Translations under genes and position numbers: made by a program | Notes under the pieces: generated by a model | Seen by the model: the letters and a program-made list of their open reading frames with translations, nothing else | Database searches by the model: none | Told to the model about the DNA's origin: nothing | DNA from: an uncultured Pelagibacteraceae bacterium | GTDB taxonomy: Bacteria > Pseudomonadota > Alphaproteobacteria > Pelagibacterales > Pelagibacteraceae | Length of the DNA stretch: 64,000 nt | NCBI GenBank assembly: GCA_902590365.1 | Contig: CACIWJ010000001.1 | Coordinates: 501-64,500, forward strand | Reading direction: 5' to 3' | Shown here: positions 44,327 through 54,323 of the stretch, in pieces | Layout: each line of letters opens with the position of its first letter | Position numbering within the stretch: the first letter of the stretch is position 1

Positions 44327-44905
44327 TTAATAAATTTTAGTCTTCGATTCAGTATTATTTATTAAGCGTTTTACATTTTCACGATGAGTAAAAAAAATCA
44401 AAATGAACAAAATAATAAAAAAATAATAATTATTATTATCTATAATAAAAAAATTATAAAATGGAACTGTAAGAGAAGCAATTAAAGAAGATAAAGATGA
44501 ATATCTAGAAATTATAAAAATAATAAGCCAACATATTATAAAAACAAATCCTAATATGTAATTTATACAAAAAAGCATACCCACATATGTTGCAACGCCT
44601 TTGCCACCTTTAAATTTTAACCATAAAGGAAAAACATGTCCAAGGAATATAGAAAGAGCAGATATAAATAAAAATTCTGGATGATAAAATTTAATTATAA
44701 GTAGAGGAATTATTGCTTTTAAAATATCTAAGCTTAAAGTTATATAACCAATCATTTTATTTCCAGTTCGCAGAACATTAGTAGCGCCAATATTACCTGA
44801 ACCAATCTCTCTAATATCTTTTTTTAATAATATTTTGGTTAATATAAAACCAAATGGTATTGAACCCATTAAATACGATAGTAAAATTATAAGACTTAAT
44901 TCCAT
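44327..44905 (-). CDS. plsY: Glycerol-3-phosphate acyltransferase PlsY
   Basis: GSGNIGATNVLR, GHVFP..FKGGKGVAT, HRENVKRL. Confidence 0.96.
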   Translation of the reverse strand: MELSLIILLSYLMGSIPFGFILTKILLKKDIREIGSGNIGATNVLRTGNKMIGYITLSLDILKAIIPLLIIKFYHPEFLFISALSIFLGHVFPLWLKFKGGKGVATYVGMLFCINYILGFVFIICWLIIFIISRYSSLSSLIASLTVPFYNFFIIDNNNYYFFIILFILIFFTHRENVKRLINNTESKTKIY

Positions 44906-44907
44906 AT

Positions 44908-46194
44908 TCAAATTTTAAATAATTCTTCACCTTTAACAAAAGTACTTAACACTTGACCTTGTAATTTTTTATCATCAATAGAAGTATTTTTAGATTTAGA
45001 AACAATTTTTTCTTTTTTGACGATCCACGGCTTATAAATATCGACAATACATAAATCAGCATCATTACCTACTGAAAGATTTCCTTTATTAATTTTAAGT
45101 ATTTTTGCAGGATTTGATGTTAATAATTTTATTAATTTGAATAATTTTATTGAATCATTATGAAATAACTCGAGAGCTAATGGTAAAAGTGTTTCTATGC
45201 CTGATGCACCTGCAGCGGCTTGTGAAAAGGTTAGTCTTTTTGACTCTTCATCTTCAGGTTTATGATCTGAAACAATTACATCGATTAAATCTTTATTAAT
45301 TGCTTTAATTAGTGAAATTCTATCCTCTTCAGTTCTTAGTGGAGGTGATAATTTTAAAAAAGTTCTAAAATCTCCTACATCATTTTCATTTAATGAAAGA
45401 TTATTTATTGAAACACCTGTAGTAAAATTAACAATATCTTTTTTTCTTTCTATTGTATCAACTGATTTTGATGAGGAAATTTGAGAAATATGATATCTGC
45501 AATTAAAATCTTCTAATAATGATAGATCTCTTTCTATGATTATTTTTTCTGCTAAATCTGGTATACCGTGAAGACCAAGTTGCGTAGCAATGATTCCATC
45601 ATTTACCATACCGTTTTTAGCTAGTTCATAATCTTCTGCGTGTTGCATAACTAAACTATTCAAATCATAAGCTGATCTCATTATTCTAGACATTAATCTA
45701 GTATTTTGAATGGTTTGAGTTCCATCAGTAAATCCTACAATTCCTTTTTTTTGCAATAAACCAAATTCGGTCATATTTGTACCTTCAAGATTTTTTGTAA
45801 GTGATGCTGTTGGATATATATTTATTTTAGATTTATCTCTTCCTCTTCTTTTAATAAAATCTACAATAGAAACATTATCTACGACTGGACTTGTATTTGG
45901 CATAGTAACAACAGAAGTTACACCCCCAGCTAAAGCAGCATTGCTCAATGTTCTAAAATTTTCTTTATATTCATAACCGGGCTCACCAACAAAAACTCTC
46001 ATATCTACAAGTCCTGGGAAGATATATTTTTCTTTTAGATCAATAAATTTTTCTCTAGATGGAATATTATTTTTATTAACTTTTTTTCCAATAGCTTCAA
46101 TTTTGCCTTCTTCATCTATAATAAGGCCACCAATTTCCTCTATTGAATTATAAGGATCTAATATATTTGCATTAAGAAAGTATTTTTTTTTCAT
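44908..46194 (-). CDS. pyrC: Dihydroorotase-like protein, probably the inactive PyrC' subunit of ATCase
   Basis: GGVTSVVTMPNT, KLSPPLR, SDH, NPAKIL; the metal-binding DxHxH reads DMRVF. Confidence 0.88.
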   Translation of the reverse strand: MKKKYFLNANILDPYNSIEEIGGLIIDEEGKIEAIGKKVNKNNIPSREKFIDLKEKYIFPGLVDMRVFVGEPGYEYKENFRTLSNAALAGGVTSVVTMPNTSPVVDNVSIVDFIKRRGRDKSKINIYPTASLTKNLEGTNMTEFGLLQKKGIVGFTDGTQTIQNTRLMSRIMRSAYDLNSLVMQHAEDYELAKNGMVNDGIIATQLGLHGIPDLAEKIIIERDLSLLEDFNCRYHISQISSSKSVDTIERKKDIVNFTTGVSINNLSLNENDVGDFRTFLKLSPPLRTEEDRISLIKAINKDLIDVIVSDHKPEDEESKRLTFSQAAAGASGIETLLPLALELFHNDSIKLFKLIKLLTSNPAKILKINKGNLSVGNDADLCIVDIYKPWIVKKEKIVSKSKNTSIDDKKLQGQVLSTFVKGEELFKI

Positions 46195-47144
46195 TATTCA
46201 CAAAATATTTTTAAACAAGCCATTCTAACAGCAACACCTAATTCAACCTGTTCTTTTATTACACTTTTATTAATATCATCAGCTAATTTTGTATCAATTT
46301 CTATACCTCTATTCATAGGACCAGGATGCATAATTAACGCATCATCTTTTGCGTAACTTAATTTGTCAGGTGTTAAACCGTAGTATTCATAATATTCTCT
46401 ATTTGAAGATAAAAATGAACTAGTCATTCTTTCATTTTGTAGTCTTAACATCATAACTATATCACAATCTTTTAAACCTTTTTTCATATCAGAGAATTTA
46501 TTAACACCCAATTTATCGATATCTTTAGGCATTAAGTTAGATGGTGCTACAATATTTAACTCTGCACCTAACATATTAAGAAGATAAATATTTGATCTTG
46601 CAACTCTTGAATGAAGTATATCTCCACAAATTGCAATTTTAAGACCTTGAATTTTTTTTTTTCTATCAATAATTGTTAGAGCATCTAATAATGCCTGAGT
46701 AGGGTGCTCTCTTCTACCATCACCAGCATTAATTACAGCACAATTAACTTTCTGTGAAAGTAGGTTGCAAGCTCCAGAATCTTGATGTCTTATAACTATT
46801 ATATCAGGATGCATTGCATTCAGAGTCATTGCAGTATCGATAAGAGTTTCACCTTTTTTAATAGCTGAATTTACTATATTCATTGACATTACATCAGCAC
46901 CCAATCTTTTACCCGCAAGTTCAAAAGAACTTTGAGTTCTGGTAGATGGTTCAAAAAAAAGATTAATTTGAGTTTTACCTCTAAGAATATCTAATTTTTT
47001 ATTCTTACTCTTATTTAATGAAATGAATTGCTTAGCGTCATCTAAAATAACGTTTATATCTGAAATAGATAAATCTTGAATTCCTAATAAGTTTTTTTGA
47101 GAAATTTTAACAGCTTTCTTGAATGATGTTGCCATTAAAACCAA
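46194..47144 (-). CDS. pyrB: Aspartate carbamoyltransferase catalytic subunit
   Basis: [24 protein letters not shown]; TTG at 47144 lies 8 nt after AAGGAG (alternative ATG at 47135). Confidence 0.97.
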   Translation of the reverse strand: MVLMATSFKKAVKISQKNLLGIQDLSISDINVILDDAKQFISLNKSKNKKLDILRGKTQINLFFEPSTRTQSSFELAGKRLGADVMSMNIVNSAIKKGETLIDTAMTLNAMHPDIIVIRHQDSGACNLLSQKVNCAVINAGDGRREHPTQALLDALTIIDRKKKIQGLKIAICGDILHSRVARSNIYLLNMLGAELNIVAPSNLMPKDIDKLGVNKFSDMKKGLKDCDIVMMLRLQNERMTSSFLSSNREYYEYYGLTPDKLSYAKDDALIMHPGPMNRGIEIDTKLADDINKSVIKEQVELGVAVRMACLKIFCE

Positions 47145-47178
47145 CTCTATAGCTCCTTAATAGCTATAAGGCAAGTTA

Positions 47179-47634
47179 TTAATTATTTAAATAGTCGATT
47201 GCACCCTGAAGTATGAATGTAGCAGCATTTTTGTCTATATTTTTAGTTCTTTTACTCACGCTGACATCAAGTTGGCTTGAAAGATTAAAAGCACCTACTG
47301 TAGATAATCTTTCATCCCAAAGAACAGTTGGTATTTCTATCTTTTTGGAAATCATAGTACTTTTATCCCTAATTGATTGAGAGGCTTTACCATGACTTCC
47401 ATCCATATTTATTGGGTCACCAATAATTATTGCCCGAATACTATTTTCTTCTATTAATTTTTTTAAATCATTAATTAAACTATCTAAAGAAATAAAATTC
47501 ACTGTATGAAATGGTGTAGCTATTAATCTTTTATCATCACATATTGATATACCAATATTTTTAGTGCCCATATCAATACCAAGTAGTCTAGCTTTTTTAT
47601 CAATTTTTTTCTTTAGTTCATCAATAGTGATCAT
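47179..47634 (-). CDS. yqgF: YqgF/RuvX family nuclease (pre-16S rRNA maturation)
   Basis: LGIDMGTKNIG, GDPINMDG, WDERLST, IDKNAATFILQ; start at ATG 47634 avoids overlap with gatC. Confidence 0.92.
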   Translation of the reverse strand: MITIDELKKKIDKKARLLGIDMGTKNIGISICDDKRLIATPFHTVNFISLDSLINDLKKLIEENSIRAIIIGDPINMDGSHGKASQSIRDKSTMISKKIEIPTVLWDERLSTVGAFNLSSQLDVSVSKRTKNIDKNAATFILQGAIDYLNN

Positions 47635-47673
47635 GTTGTATTTTTCTATTATAATGATAGATCTAAATATCAT

Positions 47674-47961
47674 ATGGCAATAGATCTTAAAACAGTAAAA
47701 CATATATCAAAGTTGGCAAGAATCTCGATTGAAGAAAAAAAAGCTAAAAAACTGGCTGGTGATTTAAATTCTATTTTTGAATTTATAGAAAAATTAAACC
47801 AACTTGATACTGATAAAGTAGAACCACTAACATCCATAGCAGAAACAAAACTTCAGCTAAGACATGATAAAATTAAATCTGAGAATATTCGTGAACAAAT
47901 TTTAAAAAATTCACCCAATGAAAACAAAGACTTCTTCGTCGTACCAAAGGTGGTAGAATAA
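47674..47961 (+). CDS. gatC: Asp/Glu-tRNA amidotransferase subunit C
   Basis: [18 protein letters not shown]. Confidence 0.96.
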   Translation: MAIDLKTVKHISKLARISIEEKKAKKLAGDLNSIFEFIEKLNQLDTDKVEPLTSIAETKLQLRHDKIKSENIREQILKNSPNENKDFFVVPKVVE

Positions 47962-49415
47962 TGTCCAGCATTGTTGATTTAACACTTGTAGAATTAATTA
48001 ACAAAATTAAAAAAAAAGAAGTTTCATCTAAAGAAACAACAAATGCATATATAGAAAGATGTAAAAAATCAAAAAAACTAAATTCTTTTATTACTGAAGA
48101 TTTTGATCAAGCTTTAAAAAAAGCTGATGCATTTGACAATAATCCCAATTTTGAAAAAAAATTACCAGGTATACCTATAGCTGTTAAAGATTTATTTTGC
48201 ACAAAAGATTTAAGAACTACCGCAGGAAGCAAAATTTTAAATAATTTTATTCCCACATATGAATCTACTGTAACAAACAATTTATGGGAAAATGGTGCAA
48301 TCTTACTTGGAAAATTAAATTGTGATGAATTTGCAATGGGATCATCTAATGAAACTAGTTTTTTTGGAAATGTTCAAAATCCAATTGGTGAAAATCTAGT
48401 TCCAGGTGGATCTTCGGGTGGTTCGGCATCTGCTTTAGCTGCAAAGTTAACTCCTGCAACCATTGGAACTGATACTGGTGGATCAATTCGTCAGCCTGCT
48501 TCATTTACTGGAACAGTTGGACTTAAACCAACTTATGGAAGTTGTTCAAGATACGGTATTGTTGCTTTTGCTTCATCATTGGATCAAGCAGGCCCAATGA
48601 CAAGAGATGTTAAAGATTGTGCATTAATGTTTGAAGTAATGAGTTCATTTGACAAAAAGGATTCTACTTCAATTGATTTTGAAAGAGATAATTATTTAAA
48701 TAAATTAAAAGATACAATTAAAGGTAAAAAAATTGGAATCCCCAAAGAGTATAGAGTAGATGGTATGTCAAAAGAAATAGATGAACTTTGGCAAAAAGGA
48801 ATAAAAATAATTAAAGAGGCCGGAGCTGATGTAGTTGATATTTCACTTCCTAATACCATGTATGCCTTGCCTGCTTATTATATTGTTGCTCCAGCTGAAG
48901 CTTCATCGAATTTGGCAAGATATGATGGTGTTAAATATGGCTTCAGATCTAAAGGTGAAAATTTAATCGACATGTATGAAAAAACAAGATCAGAAGGTTT
49001 TGGTGATGAAGTTAAAAGAAGAATTTTAATTGGAACTTATGTTCTTTCATCTGGATACTACGATGCATATTACTTGAAAGCCCAAAAAGTTAGAAGGTTA
49101 ATTAAAAATGATTTTGATCAAGCCTATAAAAACGTTGATGCCATTCTAACTCCATCAACACCAAGTTCTGCTTTTAAAATAGGTGAAAAAACAAATGATC
49201 CTGTATCAATGTATTTAAATGACATATTCACCGTTCCTATCAATTTGGCAGGTTTACCAGCTATATCTATTCCCGCAGGTATTGATGCAAAAGGGTATCC
49301 ATTAGGATTACAAATAATAGGCAAAGCTTTTGATGAACAAAATATTTTTAACATTGCATATACAATGGAAAAACATATTAACTTCAAAAATGAAATAAAG
49401 AGCTGGTGGATGTAA
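47961..49415 (+). CDS. gatA: Asp/Glu-tRNA amidotransferase subunit A
   Basis: Amidase signature [28 protein letters not shown]. Confidence 0.98.
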   Translation: MSSIVDLTLVELINKIKKKEVSSKETTNAYIERCKKSKKLNSFITEDFDQALKKADAFDNNPNFEKKLPGIPIAVKDLFCTKDLRTTAGSKILNNFIPTYESTVTNNLWENGAILLGKLNCDEFAMGSSNETSFFGNVQNPIGENLVPGGSSGGSASALAAKLTPATIGTDTGGSIRQPASFTGTVGLKPTYGSCSRYGIVAFASSLDQAGPMTRDVKDCALMFEVMSSFDKKDSTSIDFERDNYLNKLKDTIKGKKIGIPKEYRVDGMSKEIDELWQKGIKIIKEAGADVVDISLPNTMYALPAYYIVAPAEASSNLARYDGVKYGFRSKGENLIDMYEKTRSEGFGDEVKRRILIGTYVLSSGYYDAYYLKAQKVRRLIKNDFDQAYKNVDAILTPSTPSSAFKIGEKTNDPVSMYLNDIFTVPINLAGLPAISIPAGIDAKGYPLGLQIIGKAFDEQNIFNIAYTMEKHINFKNEIKSWWM

Positions 49416-50881
49416 TGACCAAAAACAAATCAGAATATTTGATAAAAAGAAATGAAAATGAATACGAAGTAATAATCGGGCTTGAGGTACATGCGCAAGT
49501 TCTATCAGAGTCAAAACTTTTTTCAGACTCACCAACTAAATTTGGGGCTGATCCTAACACTCAAGTCAGTTTGGTTGATGCAGCATTTCCAGGAATGTTA
49601 CCAGTAATAAATGAATTTTGTATAAAACAAGCAGTAAAAACTGGAATAGGCTTGAATGCTAAAATTAATAAAAGATCTATTTTTGATAGAAAAAATTACT
49701 TTTATGCAGATCTTCCTCAAGGTTACCAAATTTCTCAGTATAAAAATCCCATAGTAGGTGAAGGATCTGTAATATTAGATTTACCATCAGGAGAAAAAGT
49801 AGTTGGAATTGAAAGACTACATTTAGAACAAGATGCAGGAAAAAGTATACATGACATTGATCCACAAAATACACTTGTTGATTTAAATAGATCTGGTGTA
49901 GCTCTTATGGAAATTGTAAGCAAACCGGATCTTCGATCTTTAGATGAAGTAAATGCTTATGTTAAAAAACTTAGATCTATTATGAGATATTTAGGAACTT
50001 GTGATGGCAATATGCAAGAAGGATCTCTAAGAGCGGATGTTAATGTATCTGTTAGAAAAAAAGGTGATAAAAAACTTGGCACTAGATGTGAAATTAAAAA
50101 TGTAAATTCAATAAAATTTATGCAGATGGCCATCGAATATGAAGCTAATAGACAAGTTGATTTGATTGAAGATGGTGGTTCTGTTGATCAAGAAACCAGA
50201 CTTTTTGATACCAAAAAAAATCAGACTAGATCAATGAGATCCAAAGAGGATGCACATGATTATAGATATTTTCCAGATCCAGATTTACTACCTTTAGAAT
50301 TTGATGATCAATTTATAAGTAATTTGAAAAAGGAAATACCAGAATTACCAGATGTAAAAAAAAAGAGATTTATTGAAAAATTTAATTTATCACCATATGA
50401 AGCTAATATTTTAGTATCTGATATAGAAACTTCTAAGTATTTTGAAGAGGTTATAAAAAATTCAGATGTTAAAATATCTACCAATTGGATTACTGGCGAG
50501 TTGTTCGCTTTATTGAATGAAAAGAATCTAGAAATAACACAAAGCCCAATTTCATCAAAAAATTTGTCTAAATTGATCAATTTAATTAAAGATGGCACAA
50601 TATCAGGTAAAATTGCAAAATCTGTTTTTGAAATAATGGCTGAAGGCGACAAAGATCCGCAAATAATTATAGATGAAAAAGGCCTTAAACAGGAGAGTGA
50701 TCCTAAAGAATTAGAAAAACTAATTGATAGAGTAATTAAAGATAATCAAGACAAAGTCAAAGAATACAAATCTGGCAAAGACAAATTATTTGGTTTTTTT
50801 GTAGGTCAGGCAATGAAAGTTTCTGGGGGCAAAGCTAATCCTCAATTAGTTAATGAGATATTAAAAAAGAAACTTAAGTAG
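49415..50881 (+). CDS. gatB: Asp/Glu-tRNA amidotransferase subunit B
   Basis: [35 protein letters not shown]; TAATG coupling to gatA. Confidence 0.98.
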   Translation: MTKNKSEYLIKRNENEYEVIIGLEVHAQVLSESKLFSDSPTKFGADPNTQVSLVDAAFPGMLPVINEFCIKQAVKTGIGLNAKINKRSIFDRKNYFYADLPQGYQISQYKNPIVGEGSVILDLPSGEKVVGIERLHLEQDAGKSIHDIDPQNTLVDLNRSGVALMEIVSKPDLRSLDEVNAYVKKLRSIMRYLGTCDGNMQEGSLRADVNVSVRKKGDKKLGTRCEIKNVNSIKFMQMAIEYEANRQVDLIEDGGSVDQETRLFDTKKNQTRSMRSKEDAHDYRYFPDPDLLPLEFDDQFISNLKKEIPELPDVKKKRFIEKFNLSPYEANILVSDIETSKYFEEVIKNSDVKISTNWITGELFALLNEKNLEITQSPISSKNLSKLINLIKDGTISGKIAKSVFEIMAEGDKDPQIIIDEKGLKQESDPKELEKLIDRVIKDNQDKVKEYKSGKDKLFGFFVGQAMKVSGGKANPQLVNEILKKKLK

Positions 50882-50882
50882 A

Positions 50883-51539
50883 ATGAGTTCAGATATTATT
50901 GTTAATAAAAAAATTGTAGAGTATATAAATAATAATTCAACAAAACTTCATCCAGTTCAAAAAGAGATCATTTCATACAATGAGCAACTGGGAGATATAA
51001 AAAGAATGCAAATTTCATTATCTCAATGTCATTTTTTACATTTACTAATTAAGTCCTCCAAAATTAAAAAAATTTTAGAAATTGGAACCTTTACTGGATT
51101 AAGTACACTGTCTATGGCTTTAGCTTTACCAGAAAAGGGATCAGTTTTTGCGTTAGACAAGAATCAAGAAACTAGCAATATTGCTTTAAACTTTTTCAAA
51201 AAAGCTGCTCAAGATCATAAAATTAAAATGATTATTGCACCAGCATTAGAAAGTTTAAAAAATTTAATTTATGAAAAGCATAAATTTGATTTGGTATTTA
51301 TTGATGCTGATAAAGAAAATTATAAAAATTACTTCAATGATTCAATTGAACTAGTAGACAAAGATGGATTAATAGTAATAGATAATGTTTTATGGCATGG
51401 CGAAGTTGTTGATGTTAATAATCAAGATAAATTAACTACAAGTATAAGAGAATTTAACACCTATGTTAATGAAGATAAAAGAGTTGAAAATTTAATTATT
51501 CCTGTAGGTGATGGTTTAAATGTTTGTAGAAAATTATAA
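50883..51539 (+). CDS. Cation-dependent O-methyltransferase (CCoAOMT/COMT/TrmR superfamily)
   Basis: LEIGTFTGLS, FDLVFIDADKENY, IDNVLWHG, PVGDG. Confidence 0.9.
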   Translation: MSSDIIVNKKIVEYINNNSTKLHPVQKEIISYNEQLGDIKRMQISLSQCHFLHLLIKSSKIKKILEIGTFTGLSTLSMALALPEKGSVFALDKNQETSNIALNFFKKAAQDHKIKMIIAPALESLKNLIYEKHKFDLVFIDADKENYKNYFNDSIELVDKDGLIVIDNVLWHGEVVDVNNQDKLTTSIREFNTYVNEDKRVENLIIPVGDGLNVCRKL

Positions 51540-52438
51540 TGTTTCATATTTCTGGTTTTTATAAGTTTAAAAGGATAAAAAATATTAAAAAAAATAGAGA
51601 ATTATTAAATAATTTTTTTACCAAACATGGAATAAGAGGAACCGTTATTATTTCTCTTGAAGGTATAAATGGTACCATATCATCAAAAAAAAAAGAATTA
51701 CAATTAGCACTATTAAAAATTAAAAAAATTTTTAATATTTCTAAATTTGATAGTCAAAACTTTGCTATAAATAAATTTCAAATATTTCACAGAGGAAAAG
51801 TAAAAATTAAAAAAGAGGTAGTTCCAATGGGATTAAAAATAACAAAAAGAAACACTAAACACCATATCGAACCTAGCAAGTGGAATAAATTAATCGCCAA
51901 CAAAAAAACAATTTTAATTGATGCTAGGAAACCTTTTGAATTTAATGTTGGAACATTTAAAGGAGCAATTAATCCTGAAATAAATAATTTTAGAGAATTT
52001 CCAAAATATCTCAAAAAATTAGATAAAAACCAAAAGATAGCAATGTTTTGTACAGGTGGAATAAGATGTGAGAAGGCTAGTGTTTATCTTGATAAAAAAG
52101 GTTTTAAAAATATTTATCAGTTAAAGGGAGGGATAATAAATTACTTAAAAAAAGTTAATAAAAGTAAAAGTTTTTGGAATGGTGAATGTTATGTCTTTGA
52201 TAATAGAATTTCTTTAAAACATGGTCTTCATACTGGTACTTATGCTATGTGTAGTGGATGTAGAAAACCAGTATCGTTTAAAGATAAAAAGTCTAATAGG
52301 TATGAAGAGGGTGTATCATGTCCAAATTGTCACGATAGTTTAACAACTTCCCAAAAAGAAAGATTTAGAATGAGGCAAAAGCAAATAAATCTTGCAAAAA
52401 AACTTGGAAAGAAGCACATATTCCAAAAAGAATATTAA
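51539..52438 (+). CDS. trhO: Oxygen-dependent tRNA U34 hydroxylase TrhO (YceA-type rhodanese protein)
   Basis: FYKF, EGINGT, rhodanese CTGGIRCEK, LKGGI, CYVFDNR, C-terminal CxxC...CxxC. Confidence 0.88.
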   Translation: MFHISGFYKFKRIKNIKKNRELLNNFFTKHGIRGTVIISLEGINGTISSKKKELQLALLKIKKIFNISKFDSQNFAINKFQIFHRGKVKIKKEVVPMGLKITKRNTKHHIEPSKWNKLIANKKTILIDARKPFEFNVGTFKGAINPEINNFREFPKYLKKLDKNQKIAMFCTGGIRCEKASVYLDKKGFKNIYQLKGGIINYLKKVNKSKSFWNGECYVFDNRISLKHGLHTGTYAMCSGCRKPVSFKDKKSNRYEEGVSCPNCHDSLTTSQKERFRMRQKQINLAKKLGKKHIFQKEY

Positions 52439-52439
52439 A

Positions 52440-53795
52440 ATGAACTTATTAAAGGACAATGTTCCAAAACTAGTTAGAAAGCTTGCTGTACCTGCAATGG
52501 TAGGTACACTTTTTCAAACGCTTTATAATATTGTTGATACTTTTTTTGCAGGTAAAATATCTCCAGAAGCACTTTCAGCTTTAAGTAAATCTTTTCCAAT
52601 TTATTTTATTATTATTGCTACTTCGATCGGTGTTACTGTTGCAGGAACTTCTTTAATCGGCAATAGCATAGGAGAAAAAAATAATAAAAAAACATTATAT
52701 TATTTTTCTCATATTGTTTACTATGGAATTTTAGTTTCTATTTTTATTACATTTTTAGGATTAAATTTTGCTGAGAATGTATTTTTTTTAATGGGATCAA
52801 CTGATGAAGTTGTTTCGTTAGGTCTTGATTATACCAATATAATTTATTCAGGTTCAATATTATTTATTTTAGTTGTTTCATTAAATTCATTACTTCATGC
52901 TGAAGGTGATACTAAAACTTATCGAGATGTTTTAATTTTATCATTTCTTTTGAACATTTTATTAAACCCAATTTTCATCTTTGGTTTTTTATTCATTCCA
53001 GCGTTTGGAGTTAAGGGAATTGGTATAGCTACAATTATTTCTCAGTTTGTTTCTTTTATAATTATTCTTTTTAAGGTTATCAAAAATCCAAGAGTATTAA
53101 AAATAACTAATGAATTTTTATTGCCAAAATTTATATATTTTAAAAATATTTTTTTTCAATCTATGCCTATTACTATATCAATATGCGGATATGCTTTAGC
53201 AGCTGCAATAATCTTTACATATGTTGGACAATCTGGAGAGTATGCAGTTGCAGGATATGGTGTTGGTACACGTATAGAACAAGTAGTTCTTCTTCCAATA
53301 TTGGGAATTAATACTGCTATTATATCTATTATAGCTCAGAATTATGGTGCAAGAAATTTTGATAGAATAAAGCAATGCTATTTTACAGCAATACAATATG
53401 CTTTTATTATTATGTTAACATCAGGAATAATAGTTTTTATTTCAGCGGGATTTATTACCAGTATTTTTTCAAGTGATCCTGAAGTAATTGAATATGGAAA
53501 GAGATATTTAAAAATATCTGCTTTTGTATTACCAGCTTATCCAGTCTTTTTTCTATCAAACGGTTTTTTTATGGCATTAAAAAAGTCAGAAAATGCTATG
53601 ATTTCTAACTTTTTTAGAAATGTATTAAATCCAATTTTAGTTTTTTATATTGCTAAACATATAGATGCGAGTTTTGAGACATTCTTTTGGATATGGGTTG
53701 GTATTAACTGGTTTTTTTCAATTTCTTACCTATTTGTAGTAATTTATTATTTTAAGGCGAAATTAAATAAGTCTAGCGCTGTCGTTCATCCATAA
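52440..53795 (+). CDS. MATE family transporter
   Basis: LYNIVDTFFAG, NILLNPIFI, GIGIATIISQ; about 12 hydrophobic segments. Confidence 0.9.
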   Translation: MNLLKDNVPKLVRKLAVPAMVGTLFQTLYNIVDTFFAGKISPEALSALSKSFPIYFIIIATSIGVTVAGTSLIGNSIGEKNNKKTLYYFSHIVYYGILVSIFITFLGLNFAENVFFLMGSTDEVVSLGLDYTNIIYSGSILFILVVSLNSLLHAEGDTKTYRDVLILSFLLNILLNPIFIFGFLFIPAFGVKGIGIATIISQFVSFIIILFKVIKNPRVLKITNEFLLPKFIYFKNIFFQSMPITISICGYALAAAIIFTYVGQSGEYAVAGYGVGTRIEQVVLLPILGINTAIISIIAQNYGARNFDRIKQCYFTAIQYAFIIMLTSGIIVFISAGFITSIFSSDPEVIEYGKRYLKISAFVLPAYPVFFLSNGFFMALKKSENAMISNFFRNVLNPILVFYIAKHIDASFETFFWIWVGINWFFSISYLFVVIYYFKAKLNKSSAVVHP

Positions 53796-54323
53796 CCATA
53801 AATGATTAGAAAAAGATCTTCTAACAAATATATTTAAATCATTATTATTCTTATTATGAATAATCACATCAGTATGATTAATTAATGTTTGTGTAACTGC
53901 ACCTTTTAAATTTTTAAATTTATTAAAATTAAATGGGCACCCTGCAGATAGTAATTCATAAGCTTTAGTACCTTTTAAATTAATTATCACCCAATGATCA
54001 GTTACATTGGTAACTGATCCAATTTTAACTTTTGATATTGAATTATAAAGTTTATCCTCTAAATCATCTATTTTTTTTGGATCAACTCTATTATTTGAAT
54101 AAACTAACCATTCATCAGGGCTAAGCCACAAAATATTTAAGCTATCATTACCTGAGGATGTATTTGGATCTACTGGAGGAATTATAGATAATTCCTTTCC
54201 TATTTTGGTTATAAAATCTCTACTTCTACCCCTCAGGTTAATTTTTGCTGTAGGTCCAAGCTCAGAAATTTCTATTTCCGAATAGTTTTTTGAATCATTA
54301 ATTGGTGAATTATAATTAAGCAT
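53763..54323 (-). CDS. soxG: Sarcosine oxidase gamma subunit
   Basis: INLRG, LWLSPDEWL, VRRSFSNHLWLW; last gene of the operon. Confidence 0.9.
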   Translation of the reverse strand: MLNYNSPINDSKNYSEIEISELGPTAKINLRGRSRDFITKIGKELSIIPPVDPNTSSGNDSLNILWLSPDEWLVYSNNRVDPKKIDDLEDKLYNSISKVKIGSVTNVTDHWVIINLKGTKAYELLSAGCPFNFNKFKNLKGAVTQTLINHTDVIIHNKNNNDLNIFVRRSFSNHLWLWMNDSARLI

